DNA of 38,687 bases, filler included, from Sminthopsis crassicaudata (GCF_048593235.1; 2 parts of 2 records of this genome joined end to end with filler, not necessarily neighbours in it); one strand, 5' to 3'. Counted from the first letter of the whole stretch, positions 22,829 to 33,320 are shown. Numbers and translations: made by a program. Notes: generated by a model from the letters alone, not told the origin.

Positions 22829-23326
22829 CTAGAAAGAGCAGAGTGAGTATCCTGCCCTAACGTATATGAGCTTTGTGAATCAGGGATTGTTGGTGAAATC
22901 TAGAAAGAACAGAGTGAGTATCCTGCCCTAACGTATATGAGCTTTGTGAATCAGGGATTGTTGGTGAAATCTAGAAAGAGCAGAGTGAGTATCCTGCCCT
23001 AACGTATATGAGCTTTGTGAATCAGGGATTGTTGGTGAAATCTAAAAAGAGCAGAGTGAGTATCCTGCCCTAACGTATATGAGCTTTGTGAATCAGGGAT
23101 TGTTGGTGAAATCTAAAAAGAGCAGAGTGAGTATCCTGCCCTAACGTATATGAGCTTTGTGAATCAGGGATTGTTGGTGAAATCTAGAAAGAGCAGAGTG
23201 AGTATCCTGCCCTAACGTATATGAGCTTTGTGAATCAGGGATTGTTGGTGAAATCTAAAAAGAGCAGAGTGAGTATCCTGCCCTAACGTATATGAGCTTT
23301 GTGAATCAGGGATTTTTGGTGAAATC
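22829..23326. repeat. Minisatellite, 7 near-identical copies of a 71-bp unit
   Basis: Units start at 22831, 22902, 22973, 23044, 23115, 23186 and 23257. Unit: a(g/a)aaagagcagagtgagtatcctgccctaacgtatatgagctttgtgaatcagggattgttggtgaaatct. Confidence 0.97.
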
Positions 23327-24637
23327 CTTAGTGTTCTGAACAATTATCTGTGATTAAAAATTACATTGAAAGTGCTAATTAGCATCGGTGGGATGAGCCC
23401 CATTCCCTGGGCATCCCCTATAGCAACGGGATCATATTTCCATGTAGCTGACTGGTTGAATAAACTTAAATTCAAAAAGAAGACGAAGTTCCGAGCAGCA
23501 GGGGTGCTCGGGGATGCTCTTAGAATTTGATGGTGAGGAGGTATGAAACCAAGTAGGAAAATTCTTGGAATAACACTTTGGAGCACTCTCATAAGTCAAG
23601 ATTAAGTTGAAGCCATTAAACAAAAGACATCGTAGAAGAGCTGGACTGTTCTTTACAATATTAAATAACATTTAGTATCTTTTCTAGCATTATGTGTTAC
23701 TGATAAATGATATAGATGTCAGATGTGTTTAAGAGCTCTGAAAATGTAGTTTTTTAAAAGAAAGAAGTCTGAAGGGAGAGAGAGGTTAAATGCTTGAAAT
23801 AACATTTTAAATCAATGCCACCTAATTCCCTCAGCCAAGCAAAAAAGGAAGGAGAAGAGAAATGGAAGAAAAGAAAAAAGCACATGGGGCCTTCTACGCT
23901 CGTAGATCATTGGAGTAAATGACAGGACCATATTTTACATTTTTATGAATGACTGCATTCGAAGTTTCAAGTGAATAGTACTTACAATTCTCGAAATGGA
24001 AGCATATTCTGCGACCCCCAAGAGTCTATCTTGCCATGCTGTAACTACCACCATTGGATAATTACAAAGTCGACTATGCTGCAAAGTAAATGAGCTTGAT
24101 AATTTGTTATACTTTTATAGCGTGGCAAGTGTGCTGAAGATTTTAAATTGGACATTGTATTAAAAATGACAGAAATACACCAGAGTCTAAACAAACAAGA
24201 GTGTGAACGAACTCGCTTTCGACACTGTTTCAGAGAAAAGGGAAGCAAAAGGAAAAATAGAGAGAGGCACATTTCCGTGGAAGTCCGTGAAAAATGCTTT
24301 CGAAATAATTCACATTGGGTCCTCTTAATTAGCATGAAGCGATGGCGAATTGTTATCTGTGAAAAACTGAAAGAATTACAATGAGCTCCACATATGTTTG
24401 ACCAGGCAAATTATTTCACAGAGCAAGAGAGTCCATAAGGAGTAACTGGGGGAAGGGGGAAGAATGGAAGTTGGGAATTGTTTTTAGTTTAAAAAGAAAA
24501 ATCAAGTCTCACAGAGAATAATACAGAAAAGGAAGCATGGGACAGAGAATAAGAGGAGAAATCATTTGGAAAGAAATATCAGGAGAAATGATCTGGAAGC
24601 ATCAAAAAGAACATGTTGGTTGGATGACCATTCATAT

Positions 24638-24820
24638 TCTCTCTCTCCCCTCTCTGTGTCTCTATTTTTCTGTTTCTGTCTTTTTTTTTTCTGTCTTTGT
24701 ATCTCTGTCCCTGTCTCTATCTCTGTATATACATATATACATATATACATATACATATACATATACACATACACATACACATACATATACATATACATAT
24801 ATACTACATATTTGTACATA
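24638..24820. repeat. Compound microsatellite (TC-rich, then (CATATA/CATACA)n)
   Basis: Directly visible. Confidence 0.9.
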
Positions 24821-25839
24821 TATTTAGAATTAGTCACATCAAAGAAACAAATGAAAGGACAATGGGTTGGAAATTTAAAAATATAAAAGTGAAGGAGGAC
24901 AGTCTAGAAGAGGAGAAACAAGGAAATAGCATTAAAAGAAAACATACTTTCCATACAAACAGTGTGCATTTCCTCTGTTTTTCCCAAATGTTTTAAAGAG
25001 CAAATGTAGAAATATAGGTTAAAATATGTATATGAGAACCGTGAATGCAGATAGGAAAATATGTAAACCTATGCACACCTATATGAATGCTTATGTCATG
25101 TTTCATTATATGTGTATTGAAGAATCTCTTTGAANNNNNNNNNNNNNNNNNNNNNNNNNNNNNNNNNNNNNNNNNNNNNNNNNNNNNNNNNNNNNNNNNN
25201 NNNNNNNNNNNNNNNNNNNNNNNNNNNNNNNNNNNNNNNNNNNNNNNNNNNNNNNNNNNNNNNNNNNNNNNNNNNNNNNNNNNNNNNNNNNNNNNNNNNN
25301 NNNNNNNNNNNNNNNNNNNNNNNNNNNNNNNNNNNNNNNNNNNNNNNNNNNNNNNNNNNNNNNNNNNNNNNNNNNNNNNNNNNNNNNNNNNNNNNNNNNN
25401 NNNNNNNNNNNNNNNNNNNNNNNNNNNNNNNNNNNNNNNNNNNNNNNNNNNNNNNNNNNNNNNNNNNNNNNNNNNNNNNNNNNNNNNNNNNNNNNNNNNN
25501 NNNNNNNNNNNNNNNNNNNNNNNNNNNNNNNNNNNNNNCTTTCACAACTATGACTAATAACAGCACATGAATAACCTATGTTGAATTACCTCTCATTTTA
25601 GGAAGAAGAAAGAGGAGGGAGAAAATTTTTGAATTAAAAACCTTGTAAAAAGGATTGCTAAAAATTGTCTTGACATGTAACTTGGAGGGAAAAGCTATTA
25701 AAGTAAATAAACAACAAAAATTAATAAAATTACTCTAATAACACGACATGGTTTAGAGCACTTTTAGCTCTACCTCTTTGTGACCAAGCATTGTCTTTAA
25801 TATTATATTGTTCCTGTTTTAGAGATAAACAAACTGAGT

Positions 25840-25939
25840 NNNNNNNNNNNNNNNNNNNNNNNNNNNNNNNNNNNNNNNNNNNNTTAATTAATTAANNNNN
25901 NNNNNNNNNNNNNNNNNNNNNNNNNNNNNNNNNNNNNNN
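25840..25939. other. Artificial scaffold linker: 44 N + TTAATTAATTAA + 44 N
   Basis: Exactly 100 bp and symmetric. The 12-mer at 25884-25895 is the well-known six-frame stop spacer used when concatenating contigs. Confidence 0.95.
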
Positions 25940-26006
25940 GACACTTAACACTTCCTAGCTGTGTGACCCTGCGCAAGTCACTTAACCCCAGGCTCAGGGG
26001 GAAAAA
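25940..26006 (+). mobile_element. 3' part of a WSINE1-like SINE cut by the gap
   Basis: gacacttaacacttcctagctgtgtgaccctgcgcaagtcacttaaccccaggctcagggggaaaaaa, the reverse of the copies at 26332 and 31153. Confidence 0.85.
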
Positions 26007-26938
26007 ATGTTGGAGGGGATGTGGGAAAACTGGGACATGAATACCTTGCTGGTGGAATTGTGAAATGATCTAATCATTCTGGAGAGTAATATGGAACTAT
26101 ACCCCAAGGACTGTGCATGCCCTTGATTCAGCAGTGTCTCTACTGGGTCTGTATCCCAAAGAGAACATAAAAAAGGGGAAAGGACAAAAATGTTCGTATC
26201 AGCTCTTTTTGTGCAGCAAGGACCTGGAAATTAAGTGGATGCCCATCAGCTTCGGAATGGCTGAATAAGTTATGGTATAAGAATGTTATAAAATATTATT
26301 GTTCTAAGAAACGATCAGCAGGAGGATTTCATTTTTTTTCTTTCTTTTTTTTTTTTTTTCCTGAAGCTGGGGTTAAGTGACTTCCCCAGGGTCACACAGC
26401 TAGGAACTGTAAGTATCTGAGGCCGGATTTGAACTCGGGTCCTCCCGAATTCAAGGCTGGTGCTCTGTCCACTGAGCCCCCTAGCTGCCTCTAGAGGATT
26501 TCAGAAGGGCCTCGAGAGACTTACAGGAACTGATGCTGTGTGTGGTGAGTAGAACGGGAGAGCATTGTACACAGTAAGAAGATTATGTGATGATCAATTA
26601 TGATCAACTTGTCTCCTCTCAACAAGGTGGTGATTCAGGGCAGTTTCAATAGACCTGAGATGGGGAATGCCATCCACATCCAGAAAGGGAACTATGGAGA
26701 TGGAGGGTGGAAGGAAGTATAGTATTTTCATTTTTCATTTGTTTGTCTTTTCTTTCTCGTGGCCTTTTTTTCTCATTTGGTCTGATTTTTCTTGCACAAC
26801 ATGACAAACAAATATGGAAATATGTTGAAAAGGATCGCACATATTTAACCTGTATCTGATTGCTTGCTGTCTTGGGGAGGGTAAGGAAGGGAGAGAGCAA
26901 AATTCAGCAAAGTTTTACCAAAGAAAATGTACGGTGAA
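26007..26938 (+). mobile_element. Older L1 3' fragment, host of a SINE and a younger L1 (resumes at about 27820-27855)
   Basis: tgttggaggggatgtgggaaaactgggac... ORF2 knuckle region and 3'UTR. Confidence 0.85.
26332..26491 (-). mobile_element. WSINE1-like tRNA-derived CORE-SINE with TSD
   Basis: A/B-box head (gcagctagg...gagttcaaatcc) and A-rich tail. TSD GAGGATTTCA at 26322-26331 and 26494-26503. Confidence 0.9.
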
Positions 26939-27800
26939 CTACACACCTGTCAGATTGGCTAAGATGACAGGAACAAATAATGATGAATGTTGGAGGGGAA
27001 ACTGGGACACTGATGCATTGTTGGTGGAGTTGTGAAAGAATCCAGCCATTCTGGAGAGCAATCTGGAACTATGCCCAAAAAGTTATCAAACTGTGTATAC
27101 CCTTTGATGCAGCAGCGCTACTCCTGGGCTTATATTCCAAAGGAATACTGAGGAGGGGAAAGGGACCTGTATGTGCCAAAATGTTTGCAGCAGCTCTTTT
27201 TGTAGGGGCTAGAAACTGGAAGATGAATGGATGTCCATCAGTTGGAGAATGGTTGGGTAAATTGTGGTATATGAAGGTTATGTAATATTATTGCTCTGTA
27301 AGAAATGACCAGCAGGAGGAATACAGACAGGTTTGGAGAGACTTAAATCAACTGATGCTGAGTGAAATGCGCAGAACCAGAAGATCACTGTACACTTCAA
27401 CAACAATGCTGTTTGAGGATGTATTCTGATGGAAGTGGAGATCTTCAATATAAAGAAGATCCAACTCACTTCCAGTTGATCAGTGATGGACAGAGATAGC
27501 TACACCCAGAGAAGGAACACTGGGAAGTTAATGTAAATTGTTAGCACTACTGTCTATCTACCCAGGGTACTTATACCTTCGGAATCCAATACTTAACGTG
27601 CAACAAGAAAATGGTATTTACACACATATATTGAATCTAGGTTATACTGTAACACATGTAAAATGTATGGGATTGCCTGTCATCAGGGGGAAAGAGTGGA
27701 GGGAGGGGGGGATAATTTGGAAAAAATGAATCCAAGGGATAATGTTATTTTTAAAAATTGCTCATGCATATATACTGTGGGAAAAATTCTAAATAAAAAA
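26939..27800 (+). mobile_element. 5'-truncated younger L1, closely related to the full-length element
   Basis: ORF 26980..27285 aligns to the ORF2 C-terminus, and the 3'UTR resembles 3290-3605. TSD AAAGAAAATGTAC(G/T)GTGAA at 26920-26938 and 27801-27819. Confidence 0.92.
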
Positions 27801-28419
27801 AAAGAAAATGTACTGTGAAAACTGTTCCATGTATTTGGAAAAATAAAATACTATTTTAAAAGAGTTGAGAAGGGCAATTGAGAAGGAGGGTAGATTTTGA
27901 AAGCCTCTGTTTTTGCCCGCCTGAGATTTCGCCCCTCACTGATTTCCCTTTACAAGTTCCTAGAGCAGAGGGAATACATTTACCAGGTTCTCTCCGGACC
28001 AATAAATTCGCTGGCGCAGAGCTCGGGCAATGCGGAGATCTCCTATTCTTGGGGGCTGGTTTGAAAGGAAAACTGCTCCCAGAGGTGGGCAGCTGAAGGG
28101 GAAAAAATCGGGCCTCGAGGAAGGAGTAGCTCCACCCAAAAGGAGCCATGTGGGGGCAGGGGGGCTCCCCTGGTCAGGCGGAGGAAACACTTGATTGGGG
28201 GGAGAGAGATGTGGGTTCAAATTCAGCCTCCTCTGCTGGCTAGCCGTGTGCTTTGGAACCAGACATTTCATTCTCTGGGAAATTACGAAGTCGATTTCAG
28301 AAAGCCCGCAAGGACTCGCCCTCTCCAGGACGGGAGCGGGCTGTCCTCCTGCCCCTTCCCTTGGAGGACGCGCCGCTCTGTTCTCCCTCTCCCCTCCCAC
28401 TCCCAGCACCCCCTAGTCT

Positions 28420-28512
28420 GCTCCGCTTCCTCCGGGCCCTAGCCTCGGGCCCTAACCGCTGGCGGGCACAGGCCGCCCCGCCCCCGTCCCTCTCCTCCCG
28501 ACATCCGGTCCC
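28420..28512. promoter_or_regulatory. Promoter-like motif cluster just past the NTN5 poly(A) site
   Basis: ETS-like CCGCTTCC (28423-28430), GC box GCCCCGCCCC (28475-28484) and canonical ETS ACATCCGGT (28501-28509) in CpG-rich DNA. Confidence 0.45.
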
Positions 28513-28565
28513 CAGCCCTGGTGCCCACAGAAGACTCGGGAGGAGGAGGCGTGAGGAGCGGCTCC

Positions 28566-28571
28566 TTTATT
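28566..28571 (-). terminator. NTN5: NTN5 polyadenylation signal AATAAA
   Basis: Plus strand TTTATT, 45 nt after the TGA stop. Confidence 0.8.
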
Positions 28572-28616
28572 GGGGGTGGAGGTTCTAGGTCGGGCGCACC
28601 AGTGAGGGAGGGCTCC

Positions 28617-28942
28617 TCAGGAGCAGCCCCCGGCCCGCTCCTCGCGCTGCCGCCTCCTCAGGGTCTGCGCCCACTGGGGTCTCCAGGGCAGGGCGCGCCC
28701 ACGGTGGTCGAGGACCAGGCGGGTGGGGTCGGGCCCTTCGGGCGCCCCCCCCAGCAGCAAGTAGACCGACCCGGGCCGGAGGGTGAGGCAGCCGCAGAGC
28801 AGGTCGGCCCGGGGAACCCAGGCGTCCTGCGCTCCCGCACTCAGGGGCTCTGCCCGCTGCTTGTACACGGCCAGGACGCGGATCTTCAGACGCCACCAGG
28901 CTGGGCCCGAGGGTTCGGCAGCTTGCACCTGAGCTCGAAGAA
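28617..28942 (-). CDS. NTN5: NTN5 last coding exon, NTR/C345C domain
   Basis: [29 protein letters not shown]...[19 protein letters not shown]...ERAGGCS*; acceptor ctctgtcctcag. Confidence 0.95.
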
Positions 28943-31900
28943 CTGAGGACAGAGCGCGAAAGTCAGACGATCCCGGGGGCCTCGGGCCCTCCCCTGCTCC
29001 GCTTCTGGGGACTCACAAGCCCAGGCCCGTTTCTCCTCTAGTTAGATCCCATTGGACCCAGGCGACCTCTCCTCCCTGCTGGCTCCTTCAAGTGGGAAAG
29101 GGCCCCGGACCTTCTCGAGGACCAGGCGTCCCAGGTCCCCGCCCCAGCTCCGGGGAGGGCTTGGGCTCCCCTTCCCCAGCTTTGCCTCGGGGATTACCCA
29201 GGCTTTCCAGCCGAGTCCGGCCCGGATCTAGGGGAGGGGGGACGTCCAAAGCGGGGCAGGGCTAAGAACCCGGGGCCCCGGACCCCGCCCGGCCCAGCCC
29301 GGGGGCTCGGGATCTCACCGTACGCCTGGCGGCAGTACTGCTGCAGACTCATGCGAACTCGAGCTTCTGACGCGTTGCAGAGGCTCTGGCACGTCGGGTC
29401 TGCGGAGACCCGGGGACGTGAGCGCCTGGGCCCGCTCCCCCGTCCCCCCGCCCCGCCCCCGCCCGTCCCTCCCCCGTCCCTCCTCCCCGCCCGCCCCCCC
29501 CCCCCAGGTCCCGAGTCCTCGCTTAGCGCGCGGCTGTTTAGCTCCAGCTGGGCTCAGAGAGCAAGCCCTGGGGGTCCCCGATACCTGGAGTGTAGACACT
29601 AGGGGTCGTGGCCTCTGTGGTTGTCATCTCTGGGATCCCTGAAGGAAAGAAAACGAGCAGGAGGGAGCGAGCCCTAATCACTCGGCCCGGCAGCAACTGC
29701 TCACTCAGGGCCCGGGGTCCCCGTCCCAGTCCATGCCCTTACTCCTCGGGGACCCAGACGCCCCTTCCCACAGTCTCTGTCCCCCTCTCCCAGTCGGGGA
29801 CCCGGACGCCCCTCCTCCCAGTCTCCTCGGGGACCCAGACGCCCCCTCCCCCAGTCTCTGCCCCCTCCCAGTCTCTGCCCCTCGGGGACTCAGACGCCCC
29901 TCTCCCAGTCTCTGCCCCTCCGGACTCCGGGACTTCCTCCCCAAACTCACGTTGACAAGGCAGCCGGATAGAACGACTCTGCTGGTAGCCGGCAGCGCAG
30001 CGGTCACAGGAGGGGCCAGTCACTCCCGGCTTGCAGGGACACTGTCCGTTGGTCTGGTTGCACTGGGCCCCGGTTGCCCCGATTGGGTGGCACTGGCAGG
30101 CTGGGCGAGGGGAGCTCTCGGTGACTCGGTGCCGCCTCCCCGCAGATCCCCATCCCGGGCCTCTCCCAGCCCGATCCCCGGTCACAGCCCGCGCCGGAAC
30201 TCACCCCGGCAGGCTCTGCGGCTGGACAGGGGCTGCTGGGGGTCCCGCCAGTAGCCCCGCTCGCAGTAGTGGCAGTGGCGGCCCGCGGTGTGGTGGCGAC
30301 AGCGTTCGCAGACGCCCCCGCTCCGACCTCCGGACAGCCGGAACACCTCGGGGTGGAAGCGACAGCGTCGTGCGTGCAGATTGCAGGAGCAGGCTGGAGG
30401 GGGATGGGACAAGAGTCAGGGACCCGAATGGGCCCCTTGGCCAAGGAATGGCCAGCTGCCCGCCCCAGACCGCGAGAGAGGGGCCACATTGGTCTCTAGG
30501 GGCCGTTAGGTCGTGTCTTTGGGATTCCCTATCAGTACAAAGAATGATTGGTGGATGGTTGGTCTCCAAGGGGGCAGATCCACGTTCAAAGCCCCATTAA
30601 GTTCCCGGGAGAGTGAGCTGGCTCTGAGGGGGGCGTGGAGCTCTGCCTGACTGCGTGGAGCCGAGTCTGAGATAATCTGTCGGAAAGTGTGCTGCAAAAG
30701 CTGCACAGAAGGTGATTTAGGAAAGAAAAGGAGGAGCAGGGACCCTGACAAGGAGGAAACACTGGAGTGAGGTGCGTGGTAATGGAAAGGAAAATGCAGC
30801 TGAAGCCTCCTTCAAGATAGCTCCTCTCCCAGTGCGGGACGGGGCTTTCCGGACTCCCCCAGCTTAATAAGCGTGGTGGGTGTGGGATCTCCGAGAGAGA
30901 GCACTGAATAACGAGGAGAAGCCTGGGGCAGCTCGGAGGAGGGGTACAGCTGAGGTGCCCACGGGAGGGTTGGGGTGGGACTGTCCAGCTGGCAGCTTGG
31001 GGTGCAAGACTGGTGTTCAAGAAGTGAGGGCTGGAAAACATGGATGTGGGGAGTCGAATGCATAGAGGTGATCATTGAACTCAGGAAAGCAGAAAGACTA
31101 TATGGAAGGAAGAGGATCCAGAAGAGATGGTCGGGGTGCGGACCCCATTTCTGTTTTTTTCTTTTTTCTTTTTTTCCCTTTTTCTGAGGCTGGGGTTAAG
31201 TGACTTGCCCAGGGTCACACAGCTAGGAAGTGTTAAGTGTCTGAGACTAGATCTGAACTCGGGTCCTCCTGAATTCAAGGCTGGTGCTCTATGCACTGCT
31301 CCACCTAGCTGCCCCGAGGACCCCCATTTCTAAGGGTAAGAGATGGAGGAGTCAGCAAAGAGCAGGCGGGCAGGGAGAAGAATGGGAGAAGGCGGTACCA
31401 CAGAAGGCAGGAGAGAGGAGTATCAAAGACAATGTATCAGAGTAAGTGCTTAATAAATGCTTTTCCCCTCCCCTTTTCAGGAGGAGAGAAAGTAGGGGCA
31501 AGAGTTGGAAAGAGACCAAGGAGGAGGAGGATGGAGAAATGATCTTTGTATTAAGCAATTCGGTTATTGATAACATTTTTAAGATCCATTTCTCCAGATC
31601 GGTGGAGTCAGAGTCCAGGACAGCAAGGAGCTGCTGAATAAATGGGTGGGACAGATAGTGAGGGGCCGGCTCTTCATCAGAGACTGGAGCGATGAAGGAG
31701 ACAGGTGATGGAGAGACGTTCTGCAGTGTGGGACGGGAGAGAACCCCTGAGAGAGTGCCTTGGTTTGCTTAGATTGTTCCTACAGGAATTCAAGGTGGAG
31801 GGGTGGTTCGTGGTTGGATCCCTGAGTCAGAGTTGTGAAGGATGGAGGAGGCAGGACTCGGGGTGCTCTCTGTTCCTTCATCGAGTCTCCCCAGGCTTCC

Positions 31901-33320
31901 TCTGCAGGCTGCTCTCCCCCTCACAGTCCATTACTGCTCCCTCCCCTCCGGATCACTTCTACTTTACCTTTCTACTGCTTCCTGCACTATCCACTATTTA
32001 CGCTCTCCACCTCTCACTCAGCTTTCCCTTCTCCTGAGCCCGCCACTCCTCAAGTATTCCACCCCCCAGTGTCCCCCTTCTCGCTCAGTGGTTCAAAGAT
32101 CCCATCAGCTCCTACTCTCAGTGGGGAAGCAGCCCGAGGGCGAGGGGCGAGCACTGGGGGGCAGTCCTAAAGGGAGAGAGTGGCGAGGAGACCGTTGGAA
32201 GAAGCTGGACAGAGGCGCCGGGAACAGAGTGGGGAGCCACTGAATGCGTGCAATAACATGAATAACACAACGATCGCTGCAGGGGATGGGAGCCCGGGGG
32301 GGGGGGTGAGGAAGGGGAGGACAAGTTACTGAGAAGCGGGGGGGGGGGGGGAGGGATTCCCGAGGGCGAGAGGGGACAAAGGAGGCAGTTTGGCGTTTCA
32401 CTTCGGGGGGTCCTCCGCCCGGGCAGCGATGGGAAGCTAAAAACCCTGAGGAGGAAGAAGCCCGCTGGGAGAAAGCGCAGGACTGGCGGGGAGACAGGGA
32501 GGCCGGAAGCTTAACTTCTTGGGGAAACTGAGGGAGAATGGGGCTGGAGAGGACAGCCCGTGGGGACCACTTCCCGGTGTCCTCCTGGGTCTGGGGCGGT
32601 TTGCTCGGGTGTGGCGGGGGGCGGGGAGCTGAATCCGAGGCCCCTGAAGAGGCCGACGGGAGAGGGCGGGGGGCGCCCGCGGGGCTGTGGCTCTCACTCA
32701 CGCTGACACGCGAACGGCTGCTGGGGAGTGGCGGGCCTCCAGGGCCAGTCCCGGTGAGACGGAAGGCAGCTTTCGCAGCCGGGCCCCGTGGTGTGGTGGC
32801 GGCAGCGGCAGCGCGGGGGCTGCAGGCGGGCGGCGCAGCGGGCGGCGTGCCCGTGGCACTGGCACCGGCCGCGCACCGTCACGGACGCCAGCGCCTCCGG
32901 GGAGCCCAGCTCCACGCGCAGCCGGGCCGCGGGCCGGTGCTGGGCGGCGCCGAGCTGGGCGCGCAGGATCGGCTCGGCAGCCGGGCCTCCGCCCGAGCTC
33001 CAGAGCCTGGCCAGGGGCCACCAGGGGCCCCCCGCGGCGCCCTCGCCGCCCGACGTGGCCAGGACCCGGGCTCCCGCCACCGAGCTGGCGGCGGGCTGGG
33101 AGCAGAAACGCAGGTGGACCGAGGTCAGGAGGAAGGGGCCCCCCAGGGCCAGGCTCAGGCCGCTGCTGTGGTTGACGGCTCGGCTGCACGAGCCCCCAGC
33201 CCAGGCCAGGAGGGCGGTCGGGGGGAGGCAGAAGCGGGCCCTGCCCTGGGCGTCCGAGCAGTGCTCCCCGTCCCCCAGGGCGAAGAGGACGAGCAGGCCG
33301 AGGGAGAAAGTCAAGCGCAT
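28617..33320 (-). CDS. NTN5: Netrin-5, spliced CDS: join of 33320-32702, 30393-30205, 30100-29951, 29638-29585, 29399-29319, 28942-28617 = 1419 nt, 472 aa
   Basis: Signal peptide, reduced laminin N-terminal domain, three laminin-EGF repeats, linker and NTR/C345C domain. All introns are GT-AG and phase 1, and the frame is open throughout. Confidence 0.95.
29319..29399 (-). CDS. NTN5: NTN5 exon, start of NTR domain (81 nt)
   Basis: [27 protein letters not shown]; flanked by tctccgcag and gtgaga. Confidence 0.93.
29585..29638 (-). CDS. NTN5: NTN5 linker exon (54 nt)
   Basis: [18 protein letters not shown]; flanked by ttttctttccttcag and gtatcg; keeps the frame. Confidence 0.9.
29744..29935. 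repeat. Degenerate intronic minisatellite (ggggacccagacgcccc...cccagtctctg)
   Basis: Four copies of ggggac(c/t)c(a/g)gacgcccc interleaved with cccagtctc blocks. Confidence 0.8.
29951..30100 (-). CDS. NTN5: NTN5 exon, LE3 (150 nt)
   Basis: [49 protein letters not shown]; flanked by ctcgcccag and gtgagt. Confidence 0.96.
30205..30393 (-). CDS. NTN5: NTN5 exon, LE2 (189 nt)
   Basis: [43 protein letters not shown]; flanked by ccccctccag and gtgagt. Confidence 0.96.
30560..31500. mobile_element. Old L2 relic in an NTN5 intron, interrupted by a SINE
   Basis: ggggagtcgaatgcatagaggtgatcattgaac...ggaggagtcagcaaagag resembles L2 internal sequence; recognised by eye. Confidence 0.5.
31153..31315 (-). 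mobile_element. WSINE1-like SINE with imperfect TSD
   Basis: Close match to the 26332 copy. TSD G(C/A)GGACCCC(C)ATTTCT at 31138-31152 and 31316-31331. Confidence 0.92.

Larger units (their letters stand above)
28300..30480. promoter_or_regulatory. CpG island over the NTN5 3' exons
   Basis: High GC with dense CpG by eye, in sharp contrast to the left block. Confidence 0.7.

Noticed and set aside
22829-23326. CRISPR-like array
   Set aside because: The units are contiguous and near-identical with no unique spacers, and the DNA is mammalian. It is a minisatellite.
23344-23671. Possible endogenous mononegavirus L fragment (SIGGMSPIP...)
   Set aside because: The resemblance is limited to a few residues and no downstream conserved motif follows. 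It cannot be supported without BLASTX.
22308-25570. ORFs containing long X runs (also 38198-38579)
   Set aside because: Artefacts of reading through N gaps.
25940-26491. Inverted pair of WSINE1 copies as a functional dsRNA
   Set aside because: Inverted SINE pairs are common, one copy is cut by the linker, and there is no evidence of transcription.
31230-31315. tRNA gene (A and B boxes; also 26410-26491)
   Set aside because: These are tRNA-derived SINE heads followed by CORE sequence, A-tail and TSD.
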